A stretch of DNA of 63,978 nucleotides, filler included, from Phoronis australis (GCA_002633005.1; 8 parts of 8 records of this genome joined end to end with filler, not necessarily neighbours in it), one strand, 5' to 3'; numbered from the whole stretch's first letter, positions 22,758 to 35,085 are shown. The notes: generated by a model from the sequence alone, not told the origin. Program-made: numbers and translations.

Positions 22758-23531
22758 AACAAGAGCAATGCAGAGCATTCATATGAGCCCACCATTTGCA
22801 TCGCATATTGCGCAGATACAAGGGATGACAACTATTTTAAAAATTCCCACTAAAGAGAGCACTACCAGTAACCCAAAACAGCCTCCAAGGGGTGCACAGC
22901 AAGTAAACCTTCTCGTTTGGGAACATACCTGCCATAAAAAATAAAACTGGCATTGCGGGCAGTGGTTGCCAGAAACGTCCAAATGTCTTCATCTATTGTC
23001 ACATTCATAGAAATACATTCACCAAGTTTCACAGATCCTGCAAGAAGAAAGGGCTGCGGGAGCGAAAAAAATGCCACTAGGTGGCACCACAGTAGTCAAA
23101 CTATCCAAAAACTTTCAACCATGCTCTTCCAGTAGGAACACATTGATCATTTTTCATAACAATTCTTGGAGCGGTTTAGCCAACACAGAAATGAACACCT
23201 AAAACAGACTGAAACATAAAAAGCAGCCCCTAGGATTCGTATATTACGTAAAATCCACCTGAAAACAAAAAGCTATCATCGAATTTCTAATAGAAATCTA
23301 TTTGCCAAATTTTATAAAAAAATCCATCAAGGAACACCAAAGATTCAGGAGAAAACGGAAAATAATAAAATGGTGGTAGTCAGATTCATCCAAACGCCTT
23401 CGTCATCCATTGTCACCTTCACACAAATACACTTGCCAAATTTAACAAAGTGGACGTGAGAAACAAATAGATGGACGGACAGAGATGATGGCATAATGCG
23501 CCAACGTATAAAAAATATGTGGGCACAAAAA
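22758..23531 (-). mobile_element. Non-autonomous Helentron/DINE-1-like (HINE) element
   Basis: One end has a T-run, subterminal hairpin and GTCC/GTCT microsatellite; the other end is CTCTTGTT. Shares these ends with 28140-29408, 47211-48139 and 48893-49063. Confidence 0.6.
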
Positions 23532-24278
23532 TGTCAAACAAACATCCCATAGAACTGTTAAAGTCACGCTAAAAAGAGACAGGCAACAGATAAGAACAAA
23601 ACTGACAAAAGCAACATGCTACTGAAACTGAAGGCATTGGATTACAACTGGAGTGGTATAACCTTCATCCAGGGAAATACCTACTGTTGACCAATCAATC
23701 TTTCATCATCCAATTTGACAACTGAAACAGTCTCCTGACCGTTAACAACAAAAATGACTGTCAATAACCATTATTTGTAGAACAATTCTAATTACAGAAT
23801 GGCTAAACAACATATTCATTCTTGCTCATGCCCAGCAATCCTGATTTGGACCATTTTGTCTGAATATTTTTGGCACGGACTGGAACAAGGGAAGCATAGC
23901 ACACTATGTCTTCTATTTAATTGACATTCAGCTTATATTTACACTGGCCTGGCGCAAGAGGATCAACTACAATATGCAGGATCCAATGACAGTTTGAGCC
24001 ACAGTCAAATATTTCATGTAAAATGCACCTTCTATCTAATTAGTATCGGCTTATATTAATCAGACTGGCAGGGCGCAAGAAGATGAAATACACTATGCAG
24101 GATACATTATCCTGCTTACAAGCCGGATGAAAGCGAATGCTTGTGACAAGTCAGTTTGAGTCACAGTCAAACAATTCGCATAAAATGCACCTGACATCAG
24201 TAGGTTTGTAATGGAAACAAGTGGTAGCATCAACACTTCATGGGTTTTCGCAATTAACAATTAGAAAGCATTACTCTT

Positions 24279-27200
24279 CAGGGCTCGACGTTATGAAAAT
24301 CGCCAGGTCGCATTTTGTGACCTAGCCAAAATCCAAGGTCGCATTTTCAAAATCCAGCTGCATTCATAAATGCCAGGTTGCAAAATTTTCCCGGCAGTTT
24401 TACGCACCAAGATTGACTTTCTAGATCATCACATTTTTAGAAAATTAGATTATGCTCTTACCTGCGACGTTAAATACAAATTTCAGGTTGCAAAATTTAG
24501 TTCTTACATACAACGTTACTACTCGCCCGCCGTTAAAAGTCTCTATGGAGCGCAAGACAAGTTGCTGACGTGAAAGTTGAATCAGTGCTGTCAAACCGAC
24601 GCGTGCATTCGAGTACCTAAGTTTGTAATGTGAAAAGGGAGAAAATACTCGTTGAAAAAGTATCCGCGAGTTTGCTAGATCTGACTTTCTACATGTATGA
24701 CTGTCATCAAAATCATTAAAGATTTAAACTAACTCCGAGCGCATACTCCCTTCATTTTTTGTTAGCAGCCCAAACTTAGCAACTTTAAACTCGACCTTTG
24801 AAAATCATATTGTAGAAAGAAAATCCGTGAAACGTTGTCCTAGCCGAATGACGTATTCGTATGCGCGGGAACAGTCAGTGCAAATTTCACAAAAATGTGG
24901 TACTTACGCTGTTTACATACTCAACAATTTTTCATGAAATGAAAAGCCTCGAAATAATTCTCAACTCCGTGCGAGTTTCCATCAGGCAATTCGAGTTTGC
25001 TCCCCAATACCTTCCATGTACGAGGAAAATATGTCAGTCACAAAACGACACGCGTGTCATCATAATGTTAACTTTCTTTCAGAGGTATAAAACAAAGCCG
25101 GAATTTCGTTTTTACACATTGAGAAAAGGTATTTTTTGAAAACTGAATCTGTTGTTGCGTAAAATGAGAGTGACTCATTACATAGGCTGCCTGTCATTGC
25201 CAAACCAGCACGGTTGTTTGTAGTGTGGCGCTGTGATGGGTGCTAGCCTGAACTGTGGACGCTTAATTGGAAATTCTCAAAAGTTGAGGGGGAACGCTTA
25301 GAAGAGTGGTGAGCACTTATTATGATAATGAAACACTTCAAAAGGAGGGAGTAGCATGAGTGGCACACCATAGGGGGACTATAGTCCTCCACTTTTTTCA
25401 GTGCTGCGCCGCCCATGTTTAGGCGCATGCGTGAGCATAGTCGTTAACCTGAGAGCGGTAATAAGAAATGGAAGGACTTGCAATAGTAAGAATTAATTGT
25501 TATTATAATACGATTTTGCGAGGCAAACTCCATCTAGTATGCGTGACTTGCTGGCTATCGCTACCACCTACACTGTATCTTTTTAGCTACCCGAATTAAG
25601 TGAGAATCTAACTAATTTGCATAGCATTCCCACTCAGTGAGAATTTGTCTTACTGAAATTCTCACTCAGTAGGAATGCTATGCAAATTAGTGAGAATTTG
25701 TGTTACGGAAATTCTCAGTGAGTGAAAATCTCTCTGGGTGAGAATTTTGAACTTAGAAAATTTTGTGTGTGCCTTTTATACAGACACTGACTGAATAGAT
25801 GAGAGATCAAAGCTTTTTTGGTAACCAAAACACTGCTTATTTTTGTAAGTTTATCTTGAAATTTGACTAAGGATACAAATTAATTGCAAATTGTGAAATA
25901 TAGCAGACATAAAATATAATGCCTTTGGTGAATCAGCAAAATACTGAAAACTCAGATGTCAACACAGAATGAAGACATCAGTCTAATACTCGTGCTTCAT
26001 GCTCTCTACAAGATGTATGAAATGTACTAACCTTAAGCTTATTAACACGCAAAATCAGTCCAGGGTCACTTATGGTTGACTTGCAGACAAACTGTTCAGT
26101 AATTTTACAATATTTGTGAGAAAAACATCAACAATCTTCAAGCTATTTCCCCAACTGCTCATTCCTGGCACCATTTTAGTTTGAATTCAGAAATCTGGTT
26201 CAACTGAAATTTCTACAGTTACAGCCAATCAAGTTGTTTGTTTATCTTAAATTCTCACTCAATTCTCACTCAGATTTTTTCGAAGTTTGAAATTCTCACT
26301 GATTCTCACTTAGAATTTTTCTAAGACCAAAATTCTCACTGGATTCTCACTGTTACACAACATTTTCTCACTCATTCTCACTGACTGCCCCTGTTGTTCA
26401 ATTCCCACTGCGTTCTCACTGGCATTTCTAACTATAACTGGTGATTTAGTGAGAATCTATCTGGAATCTAACTGGAATCCAGTGAGATTCTCACTTTCTT
26501 TTTCGTAAGGGGGCCGCTTCAGTCGGAACAAGATTCTTTCTATTGGTGTCAGAAAATTAATTTACTGAGTGTTCCGGTAGGGAAAAATCGGCGGAGGGTG
26601 TATGAAGAGAAGAATAAAAAGTTCGTTAACTTATTTTGCTTTTCCCGATTTAGATGCCGAATAGCTGGCTATGGGAATAGAGCATCGGGCGAAGTGAACA
26701 TCGACCCGGGGAACATCGGAATACGAAGATATCAGTTTCGTCCCGAGGAATATCTTTAAGCTTCAGGTATTTTATAACCGCCGGGAACTTTAAATTCATT
26801 GCCAAATAAACCATTGACACTCGGGTGCATAACAGAGCCACGTTGATATACTCTTTCAATGAGGACTGTCGCTGTTCTCTTTTAATGAGCAGCGGAATGG
26901 TGCATACGCGTGAGTTCACGCACTTGAATCGCTGAAGTAGGCCTGCACTTTACGTTGACAACAACATGTGACAGACGACTCATATGTCGCACATGTAGAC
27001 GTAGAAACAATTAAATGCTTTGAGAATTTCTTGGGGACTCAGAAATTAATCTGCTGAAAGTAAAGACGTGGCTGTCGTTTGGCGATTATAATAGGGTGGT
27101 CATTTTCACGTTTGCAGCCTTTTGCGGTAAAAAACAAGACGCTTATACGCACATTTCCAAGTAGCGATCGCCTGCCGCCCATCCGCTTGTGCGCTAACAA

Positions 27201-27745
27201 CTGCGCCGACCAGTGTCGCAGTGAGATATCAGGGATATTGTCATAAACATTTGATAATAAGGGCATCTCACGTGAAAAAACAAAATTTTCCAACACAAAT
27301 TTTGGTAAAAGTTGATCATTTAAGCGTTAGTAGAAACACCGCTGTTATGTGACGTTTTATCACGTGTTATGCCGTGGTGCGAAACTTTCTTCGGAGCATC
27401 CGGAAATTTGCACGGTCAAGTAGCCCAAAATGTTAGCCAATGAAATACGTCAAAGATCGATTATGCATTATCCCATGTTCACGAGACATGTTGTCAAGTT
27501 ATCCGGAGGGCTATTTCTCGGAGCTTTTGACTTGATTTGGCAACAACACAGTAACGGTCAGATTCATACGAATTGCTTTATATTTGCCACTAGGTATCTG
27601 CCACGAAGTGTGAAAACTCAGCTCGCGTACGATGGAAATTCCAGGTCGCACTTTGCAACTTGATAAGAGGCTGGCAAAAATCTCAACTCGCATTTCTAAA
27701 TTTCAGGTCGCATTTGCGACCTGCAGGTCATTATGTCGAGCCCTG
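24279..27745. mobile_element. Non-autonomous TIR DNA transposon with 5-bp TSD CTCTT (hAT5-like)
   Basis: CAGGGCTCGAC at 24279 and GTCGAGCCCTG ending 27745. CTCTT on both flanks. Several subterminal CAGGTCGCA motifs at both ends. No intact transposase ORF. Confidence 0.8.
25590..26511. repeat. Nested element rich in ATTCTCACT/AGTGAGAAT motifs
   Basis: About 20 copies of the 9-mer, clustered at both ends, finishing in TTTTTCGTAAGGG. Confidence 0.55.
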
Positions 27746-27907
27746 CTCTTACAAAACCGATATAAAAGTCTACTACTTTTATGCTCTCCACCACAAACAG
27801 GCTTAGTCTATAATAATGTCAGTTTAGCACTGATTGAACTTACTGCCTGTTGCCATTATTCTCCTTTGTATGGGCTGTTATTGGTTGGTATGAAAACAGC
27901 TACTCAC

Positions 27908-28024
27908 CAATTCAGCGTGAAACTTTCTAACAACGTTATCTGATGTCACAAACTCGGATGTTTTTGTTACGGTAACATTACCATAGCTCAAACTACGTTG
28001 AAAGGAATCGGGCCAGTAGCAATT
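27908..28024 (-). CDS. PTP-like gene, exon d
   Basis: 117 bp, cag/gtgagt; NCYWPDSFQRSLSYGNVTVTKTSEFVTSDNVVRKFHAEL (C..YWP motif). Confidence 0.9.
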
Positions 28025-28139
28025 CTGTAAAAACAAGTAAAATTCCCCAAATATTCCTGGTAAGGATTGAAAAGAAGTGCTAACAAGAACAACGCGGAGC
28101 ATTGAAATGCGCCCACAAACGCACCGCAAACGGTGTACT

Positions 28140-29408
28140 ACTAGAGTTGTTTATTTGTATCATAAAAATGGCCACTAAATGGCGCAAAACATCCAATCCG
28201 TCTGAAAATGGAACATGCCATCGCTTCTTTAATAGAAAGCTACACACCAAATTTTATTAAAATCTGTCAAGGAACTTCAGAGAAACAAAGGAAAGCGGAA
28301 AAAATGAAATTGACACTTGGGGGCACAGGGTACAACTAAAAGTCGTCGTCTATTGTTAGCTTAAAAATACCCTAACTTAATTTAATAAAGATCCTACGGT
28401 GGGTTTAGGAGATACAGCTATGGGCGCAAACCAAAACAAAACCATCACTAGGAAGCGCCACAATAGTCGAAGTCGTGATCATCAACCGTCCTCTTCACAC
28501 TGAGAACATATGCACCAATTTTCAAAATCATCCTTAGAACGGTTTGGTTGATAAAGGATGGACGCCAAAAACTCGAGCACAGTAAAAATTACCACTAGGT
28601 GGCGCCAAATAGCTTGAATCTAACTGAAAACGGGAGGATAGATACCAATAGATACCTATGTTCCAAATTTTATGAAACTCCGCTGAGGACCTTTGAATAT
28701 ACAGAGGTAAACGTAAAAAACTAAAATTGCCACTAGGGGGCACACTGGTGGTCAGATCCGTGTGAAAGTCGTCGTCGTCCGATGTCAACATCATATGAAT
28801 ACACTTGCTAAATCTAGTAAAGATCCCGGGAACGGTAAAGGAGATACAGCCATGGGAGCAAAAAAAAACTGCCACCAGGAGGTGCCACAGTAGTTGAAGT
28901 CATCGGAAAATCATCACCATGCGTGCGTTCAGTAGGGCTAGGACCTACGTTAGGACCTAGCTAATATCTAGTCAAAGTCACGTGTACTCATTTGAAATAC
29001 ACCCTTAGAGCGGTTTGGTTGATAGAGGAGTCAGACGCCAAAAACACTTGAAAGCAGTAAAAATGGCCACTACTAGGTGGTGCAAACCATGTCGAATCCA
29101 CCCAAAAATGAGAGGATAGTGTCATCTCACTAATAGATGCCTATATTCCAAATTTTATGAAAATGCGTTGAGGACCTCCGAAGATAAAGAGATAAACGTA
29201 CAAAAACTAAAATTGTCACTAGGGGGCACACCGGCAATCGGAGAGGTCCGAAATTTGTCGTCATTCATCGTCAGCTTGATAGAAACACTTCTGCTAAATC
29301 TCATCAAGATCTTGTGAGGGGTTTCGGAGATACAGCTGTGGACGCCGGACGCCCAGACAGAAATGATGGCAATATGCGACCACACATAAATGTGTGGGTG
29401 CATAAAAA
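28140..29408 (-). mobile_element. Helentron/HINE-like element with internal ~140-bp degenerate tandem array
   Basis: Same terminal hairpin and microsatellite end as the other copies. CCACTAGGTGGCGC-like motif recurs near 28170, 28311, 28445, 28590, 28730, 28870, 29070 and 29215. Confidence 0.6.
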
Positions 29409-29901
29409 TGATTTGTCAGATAACGAGGCAAATGTCAATAATACCAAGGTCTTATCGTAATCCCAATGCACACATATGGCTACGGTTCTTTTACAGGGTT
29501 TGGTTGGGGAGGGTCGAAATACTGAAAATGAAATTATATAACTAGAGAGCGCAAAACCATTTGGAGCCATCCAAAGCTGGGTAAAGTCTGCCAAATCCAT
29601 GACTGGAAAATATTTGTCAACTTACTTTCAAGAGGATTTCTCAACTCAGGTGACTTTCAAGTTGGTAGAATAGAGGCAGATGCAAAAAGTACCATTTAAT
29701 GGGGTCTATGACAGGCGGAAGCTGTTGAAAGGAATATCGGTGCTTTACTTTCTGACACTTTAACTTCAAAACAACTGTGAAAAGGTATAGCAAAAACAGG
29801 AGATATACTATTATAGCCTGCCTGGTCACATGCAGGTGACAGTAACCAAAATTGAATGACGTGTTTGTTAAAATGTCTACTTGAAAATTATTTCTACTTA
29901 C

Positions 29902-30030
29902 ATGACGTCTTTTAGCATCCTGCTCTAGCATAACAACCACGGATACATTCTCCTCCCATATCATCCGCCAAAAGTCATTCACGGTATGACCTAGAGGTTC
30001 TTGAGCTGCGATGAATTTCCACCTGTGGCC
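29902..30030 (-). CDS. PTP-like gene, exon c
   Basis: 129 bp, cag/gtaagt; GHRWKFIAAQEPLGHTVNDFWRMIWEENVSVVVMLEQDAKRRH. Confidence 0.92.
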
Positions 30031-30718
30031 CTGGAGGGCAAATTATAGGAAATAGGTAAAGCCAACATCACTGCATTGAGTTTGAGAGAATGTAATTTTT
30101 CTCCTGATTTTGGGCCATGGACTTAAATCAGAAGAAATGCCTATACGTGACAAAATTCTTGTGCTAGTGCTTAAACCAAATCAAATTCCTTTAGGTATTT
30201 ATAGAACCATACATATAATAAAACACCCAAAGTATTATTGTAAAGCTGATCAGAGTCTTATAGGTTAAATCAACAACCTAATAAGAACTGGAATCCAAAT
30301 TACCTCAAATTGAGAAAAGTATAACCTTTGGCGAAAACGACGAAATACTAATCTCTTCATCACCAAATTCAAAATTTATCATTGTCACTAGTGGTGATTC
30401 AAGTGAACCTTTTCACGTGGCAGTAAAATATGGTGACTCTAGCAAATAATATAATTAAAAACATGAAAATTCATATAGTTAGACAGAGCAACAAATACTA
30501 AAATTCTAGCTATTAGCACAATGGCAACAATGCATCATAAACTTAGCTTTAACGACACCGAAAAGGGTAATGCAATTTAGCCCACCAATAAAGATGAACG
30601 TAACAATTTTAAGTTGTTTTTGCGAGGCACTAGATAAGCTGCGTGTTTTCACTTTAAACAAATGCATAAGACAACGCAGTACTGTAACGAAGACAGCTAC
30701 CATTGAAGTGACACCTAC

Positions 30719-30795
30719 AGGCATGTAACTTGCATTGATGTAATCTGACCCATCGTCATTGCCCACAAGGAGAAGTTTCACTCTTGTTCGGTCAA
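30719..30795 (-). CDS. PTP-like gene, exon b
   Basis: 77 bp, cag/gtaggt; (F)DRTRVKLLLVGNDDGSDYINASYMP. Confidence 0.92.
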
Positions 30796-32393
30796 CTGAA
30801 AAGTTACAAAAGTGCTGTCATATAGATTACCACTGCTCTACATAGACTATAATTTTCTCACATGACCTGGAATGTGTTACGAAACAACTGCTTAATATCA
30901 CCGAATATGTATTTTTTGATATTAAATGGGCAAATCACAAAGTAGAAATCCATACATTTTATCGTCTGCAAAACACTAAATGCGCACCAACCAAGCAAAG
31001 CCGGAATTCCACGAAGATGACAAGATTATGATTGACAAATTGGGTGTCACAACTGTACGTATTCCTAGACGGAAGGACATGCAAACAACTTCTTAAACGA
31101 ACCCGTCTTCGGCAGCGGATTTCATATCCACGTTCATTCAAACGGAGACGAGCCCCAACACAAGAAACGCGGTGAGACTGTCTAGCTGTGCTGTCTCAGT
31201 CAATTCAGTGCTCACGCGAAGCCTTGCTAACTGTTATTTACGAACATTTTTAAGGTTAAATATTACAACCTGAAAGACTATTTGTTAGACTCTATAACTT
31301 AAATATTTGTTACGAAAGCTGGATGCAATTTACAATTATTCAGTTTAAAATATAACTATTAACAAAAGGTATCTGTGAGTTTACCTTACGTTGCGCAAGC
31401 GTGTTTTTACAACGTTGCGTCATGTGGTTGAAAGTAGGACACGTGGAGTTTTTCGGAAAAAAGATTGTTTTTACGACTCATGTGAGAAAACAAAAGTCTT
31501 GCGATTTTGACAAAATTTCCAAGAGGTTTTGCCCCAGTCATAAACCTGAGACGAGTGCAGGATTCTCTAATTTTATATTATTATGTAAACTCAGAAGTTT
31601 AATATAATCTGCTAATTCACCAAGAGATTTCGGTAATCAAGATAAGGCCACAAAAGCAGTCACTGGTCAATGGTCGCGGCTCACTTTTCAAAAAAATGCA
31701 CCTGAGGCAAGCACAATAGAGTGATGCGTAAGTAGTTTGTTTCTTCTTTTACTCATTGCTTGGCAAATCCTGGCGTTCTAAACCCTATGTGCTTTTGTGC
31801 CAAACACGGCTGAAATTGGTGCAGACAGGCAATGTTTTTATCTTTTTCTTTCTAAAGAACACGTCTCAAAATGAGTTGGGATAGAAATCAAAGGCAGTTG
31901 TGATTTTTTGGCCTAAATATATAGCTGGTTACTCAGGTAGTCGGGTCAATCGGATATTGTTTACACAAACTCTTAAGTGTGGGAGACTTGTGTTGAACTG
32001 AATTTCACATTCCGGTATGCAAGGCGACCAGAGTTCACCAAGACTAAACCCCAACAACTTCTTTCATTCAGATATTTTCAGTTGTCAATTTTTTGCACTG
32101 TTCTCTTCAATAACCCATAGTGCAACAGTCGCATAATGACAAAGCAATGGCAAAACATATTTTATACGTTCAGCAAAATTTTGTGTAATTCCAGCAGAGG
32201 TCATTTTTACAAAGCTACCGGCTGATATCTGCATCTAAGATACAGGAAAACTGTATGCCAGTGGCACTGAAAATTGTTTAATTAATCACTACTCTATGAC
32301 GGACTGCAACTGTGATATCAGAAATGCCAATCGAGAGACAGCAAAAATATGAGGAGTTAGATCCCTGACTGAAGTCAGTGCAACTATACTCAC

Positions 32394-32484
32394 ATGGCAA
32401 AATATGTCCAAATCTGTTCTTGGTCTTATTGGTTAATAGCTGACCAACAGAGGTCGGTGATGAGGTGGACATTTTCTGGATGGC
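32394..32484 (-). CDS. PTP-like gene, exon a (pTyr-recognition loop)
   Basis: 91 bp, cag/gtgagt; AIQKMSTSSPTSVGQLLTNKTKNRFGHILP(F). Confidence 0.88.
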
Positions 32485-32659
32485 CTGATTCAAGAACAGA
32501 ATAAGAGTAAATGCCATTAACACTTTCCATTTTAAAAAGGGAATTTCCACTCATTCCCTTTTTGTGCCTGAAAAATTGCAGATTTTTTCTGCGCCTAGAT
32601 TTCCATAATTTTGGCTTAAAAATTGATATATTCCATTGAATTTGAGCCTTCTGTTAATC

Positions 32660-33635
32660 ATGCAGAAATTTCTGCGCTGGAATCCTGGGCAGAAATACAT
32701 GCGCTGGAATTCTGCGCAGAAATTTCTGCGCTGGAATCCTGCGCAGAAATTTCTGCGCTCTAATTCTGTGCGCAGAAATTTCTGCGCTGGAATTCTGTGC
32801 AGAAATTTCTGCGCTGGAATTCTGTGCAGAAATTTCTGCGCTGAAATTCTGAGGTGCGCAGAAATTTCTGCGCTGGAATTCTGTGCGCAGAAATTTCTGC
32901 GCTGGAATCCTGCTGGGTGCAGAAATTTCTGCGCTGGAATCCTGGGCAGAAATACATGCGCTGGAATTCTGCGCAGAAATTTCTGCGCTGGAACTCTGCT
33001 GTGCGCAGAAATTTCTGCGCTGGAATTCTGTGCAGAAATCTCTGTGCAGAAATTTCTGCGCTGAAATTCTGCTGTGCGCAGAAATTTCTGCACTGGAATT
33101 CTGTGCGCAGAAATTTCTGCGCTGGAATCCTGCTGAGCGCAGAAATTTCTGCACTGGAATTCTGTGCGCAGAAATTTCTGCGCTGGAATCCTGCGCAGAA
33201 ATTTCTGCGCTCTAATTCTGTGCGCAGAAATTTCTGCGCTGGAATTGTGTGCAAAAAAATTTCTACGCTGGAATTCTGTGCAGAAATTTCTGCACTGGAA
33301 TTCTGTGCAGAAATTTCTGCGCTGAAATTCTGCTGTGCGCAGAAATTTCTGCGCTGGAATCCTGCTGAGCGCAGAAATTTCTGCGCTGGAATTCTGTGCG
33401 CAGAAATTTCTGCGCTGGAATCCTGCTGAGCGCAGAAATTTCTGCGCTGGAATTCTGCTGTGCGCAGAAATTTCTGTGCGCAGAAATTTCTGCTGTGCGC
33501 AGAAATTTTGCTGTGCGCAGAAATTTCTGCTTTGGAATTCTGCTGTGCACAGAAATTTCTGCAGTGGTATTCTGTGTAGAAATTTCTGCGCTGGAATTCT
33601 GCATAGAAATTTCTGAATTCTGAGTAGAAATTTCG
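32660..33635. repeat. Complex satellite built on the palindrome GCGCAGAAATTTCTGCGC plus TGGAATTCT
   Basis: More than 30 units of roughly 23-30 bp, each with the self-complementary core GCAGAAATTTCTGC. Confidence 0.95.
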
Positions 33636-34362
33636 GCTTTTATTATTTAAAAGCCATTACAGTGAATCTCAGAAACAATTCCAATACGGAATGTAATAAA
33701 CATGGCGTTTTTGAGATTTATTTGACACAAACATGTAATTACTCTACAGAAAGTGCAACAGTAACTGTGTAATCATTGTATGATTCATGAATTTCTGTCG
33801 AACGCACATGCAGCAATGCATTTGAAGAATTGTTAATGTTTCATATTACTCATGATAAAACCATAGAATGAATAGTCTTCATTGATTGCTGCAATAGGAA
33901 GATTCATCACTGTTTAACTCTCAGAAATAAGTCACAAAATTTGCAAGGAATATCAGCCCTGGTAAAGTATGGATCATTTTTGGCAACTCCATACAAAATC
34001 TGTCAGGCAACAGAATTGTTGTTATGGCTTTGAGGTACTTAACCACTTGGACCGTCATGGTGATAAAGCTCAAGTTTTGTCGTCTTTATCAAACTACTAC
34101 TTTTGAAATTATAGGAGTTCTGACTAAACGTACTCACTATTGAGTTTTGCATATTTTCAGGCTAATGATGGTTAGAACTCACAAGTTTTTGATTTCAGGT
34201 AATACTTGTTGCCATTTAGTACAGGTAAAGCATATTCCATAGACCCTATTCACACCGACAGGAGGCGCGTTTCAAAACGAGGCTCGCTACGATAGCTCTG
34301 GTGGCTTATCCGCGTAGTTGTACGACGCGTTACTCGAACAGCTAGAAAAAATACGGACACTC

Positions 34363-34434
34363 TGTTTTACAATCCCTAAGGACGTTGGGATTCGGAAGCG
34401 TTGGGTCCTTGCCATACGCCGCGACCAAGGAAAA
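34363..34434 (+). mobile_element. THAP-domain remnant of a DNA transposon
   Basis: Translates CFTIPKDVGIRKRWVLAIRRDQGK (THAP P-K-D...R..W...IRR motif). Confidence 0.55.
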
Positions 34435-34878
34435 TATGTCCGTGTAAAATTTATAACTGTTTTCAAATCATAATTTGTTGCATCTCGGACTGGATGCCGC
34501 CATAGCAACGAGGATCCGAGAATCTTCGGCCAGCCAGGCTGTGTTTTCATGACTATGGGTTGAAGCGTGATGCATTTTTCTTTACAAAAAGGACAGGGCC
34601 CTCAATCCCTCAATTTTGGGGCCAAATATCGGCCCTATTCCCCTCTCAAAAATATTGAAAAATCACGCGAAATTCCCGGCCATGAGGCCTAAAAATCCCC
34701 TTTGTGATTGAAAATTTCTCTCCAACGGTTCAAATCACCTGTGACCACAGAGGTGACAATTTGAAAAAGTACAAAATCATAGGCGGATTTAGGGGGGGGG
34801 CCGCCCCCCTTGACTGCCGCAAGCAAAATAAACCGGCAAAACATGAAGCGGGAGGAAACTTGTACTGAGTTCGAGCTA

Positions 34879-34978
34879 NNNNNNNNNNNNNNNNNNNNNN
34901 NNNNNNNNNNNNNNNNNNNNNNTTAATTAATTAANNNNNNNNNNNNNNNNNNNNNNNNNNNNNNNNNNNNNNNNNNNN
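34879..34978. other. Artificial contig linker
   Basis: N44-TTAATTAATTAA-N44. Confidence 0.97.
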
Positions 34979-34987
34979 AATTGTATT

Positions 34988-35085
34988 CAGACACTAGTGT
35001 CCGCTTATGTGCGTTATGTCTACTGGATGATCTTGTGAATAATCTTGGCAAGGCTCGTTGGGCGTACATCCAGAGACAGCATGGC
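34988..35085 (+). pseudogene. Decayed partial duplicate (pseudo-exon) of the exon at 35576
   Basis: Both intron flank and coding part match 35535-35635. The acceptor ctacag has become ctactg. DDLVNNLGKARWAYIQRQHG versus QDAVGNLRKARSLYIQRQQE. Confidence 0.75.

Noticed and set aside
32551-33623. Overlapping 75-191 aa ORFs in several frames
   Set aside because: They are translations of the palindromic satellite, which happens to lack stop codons.
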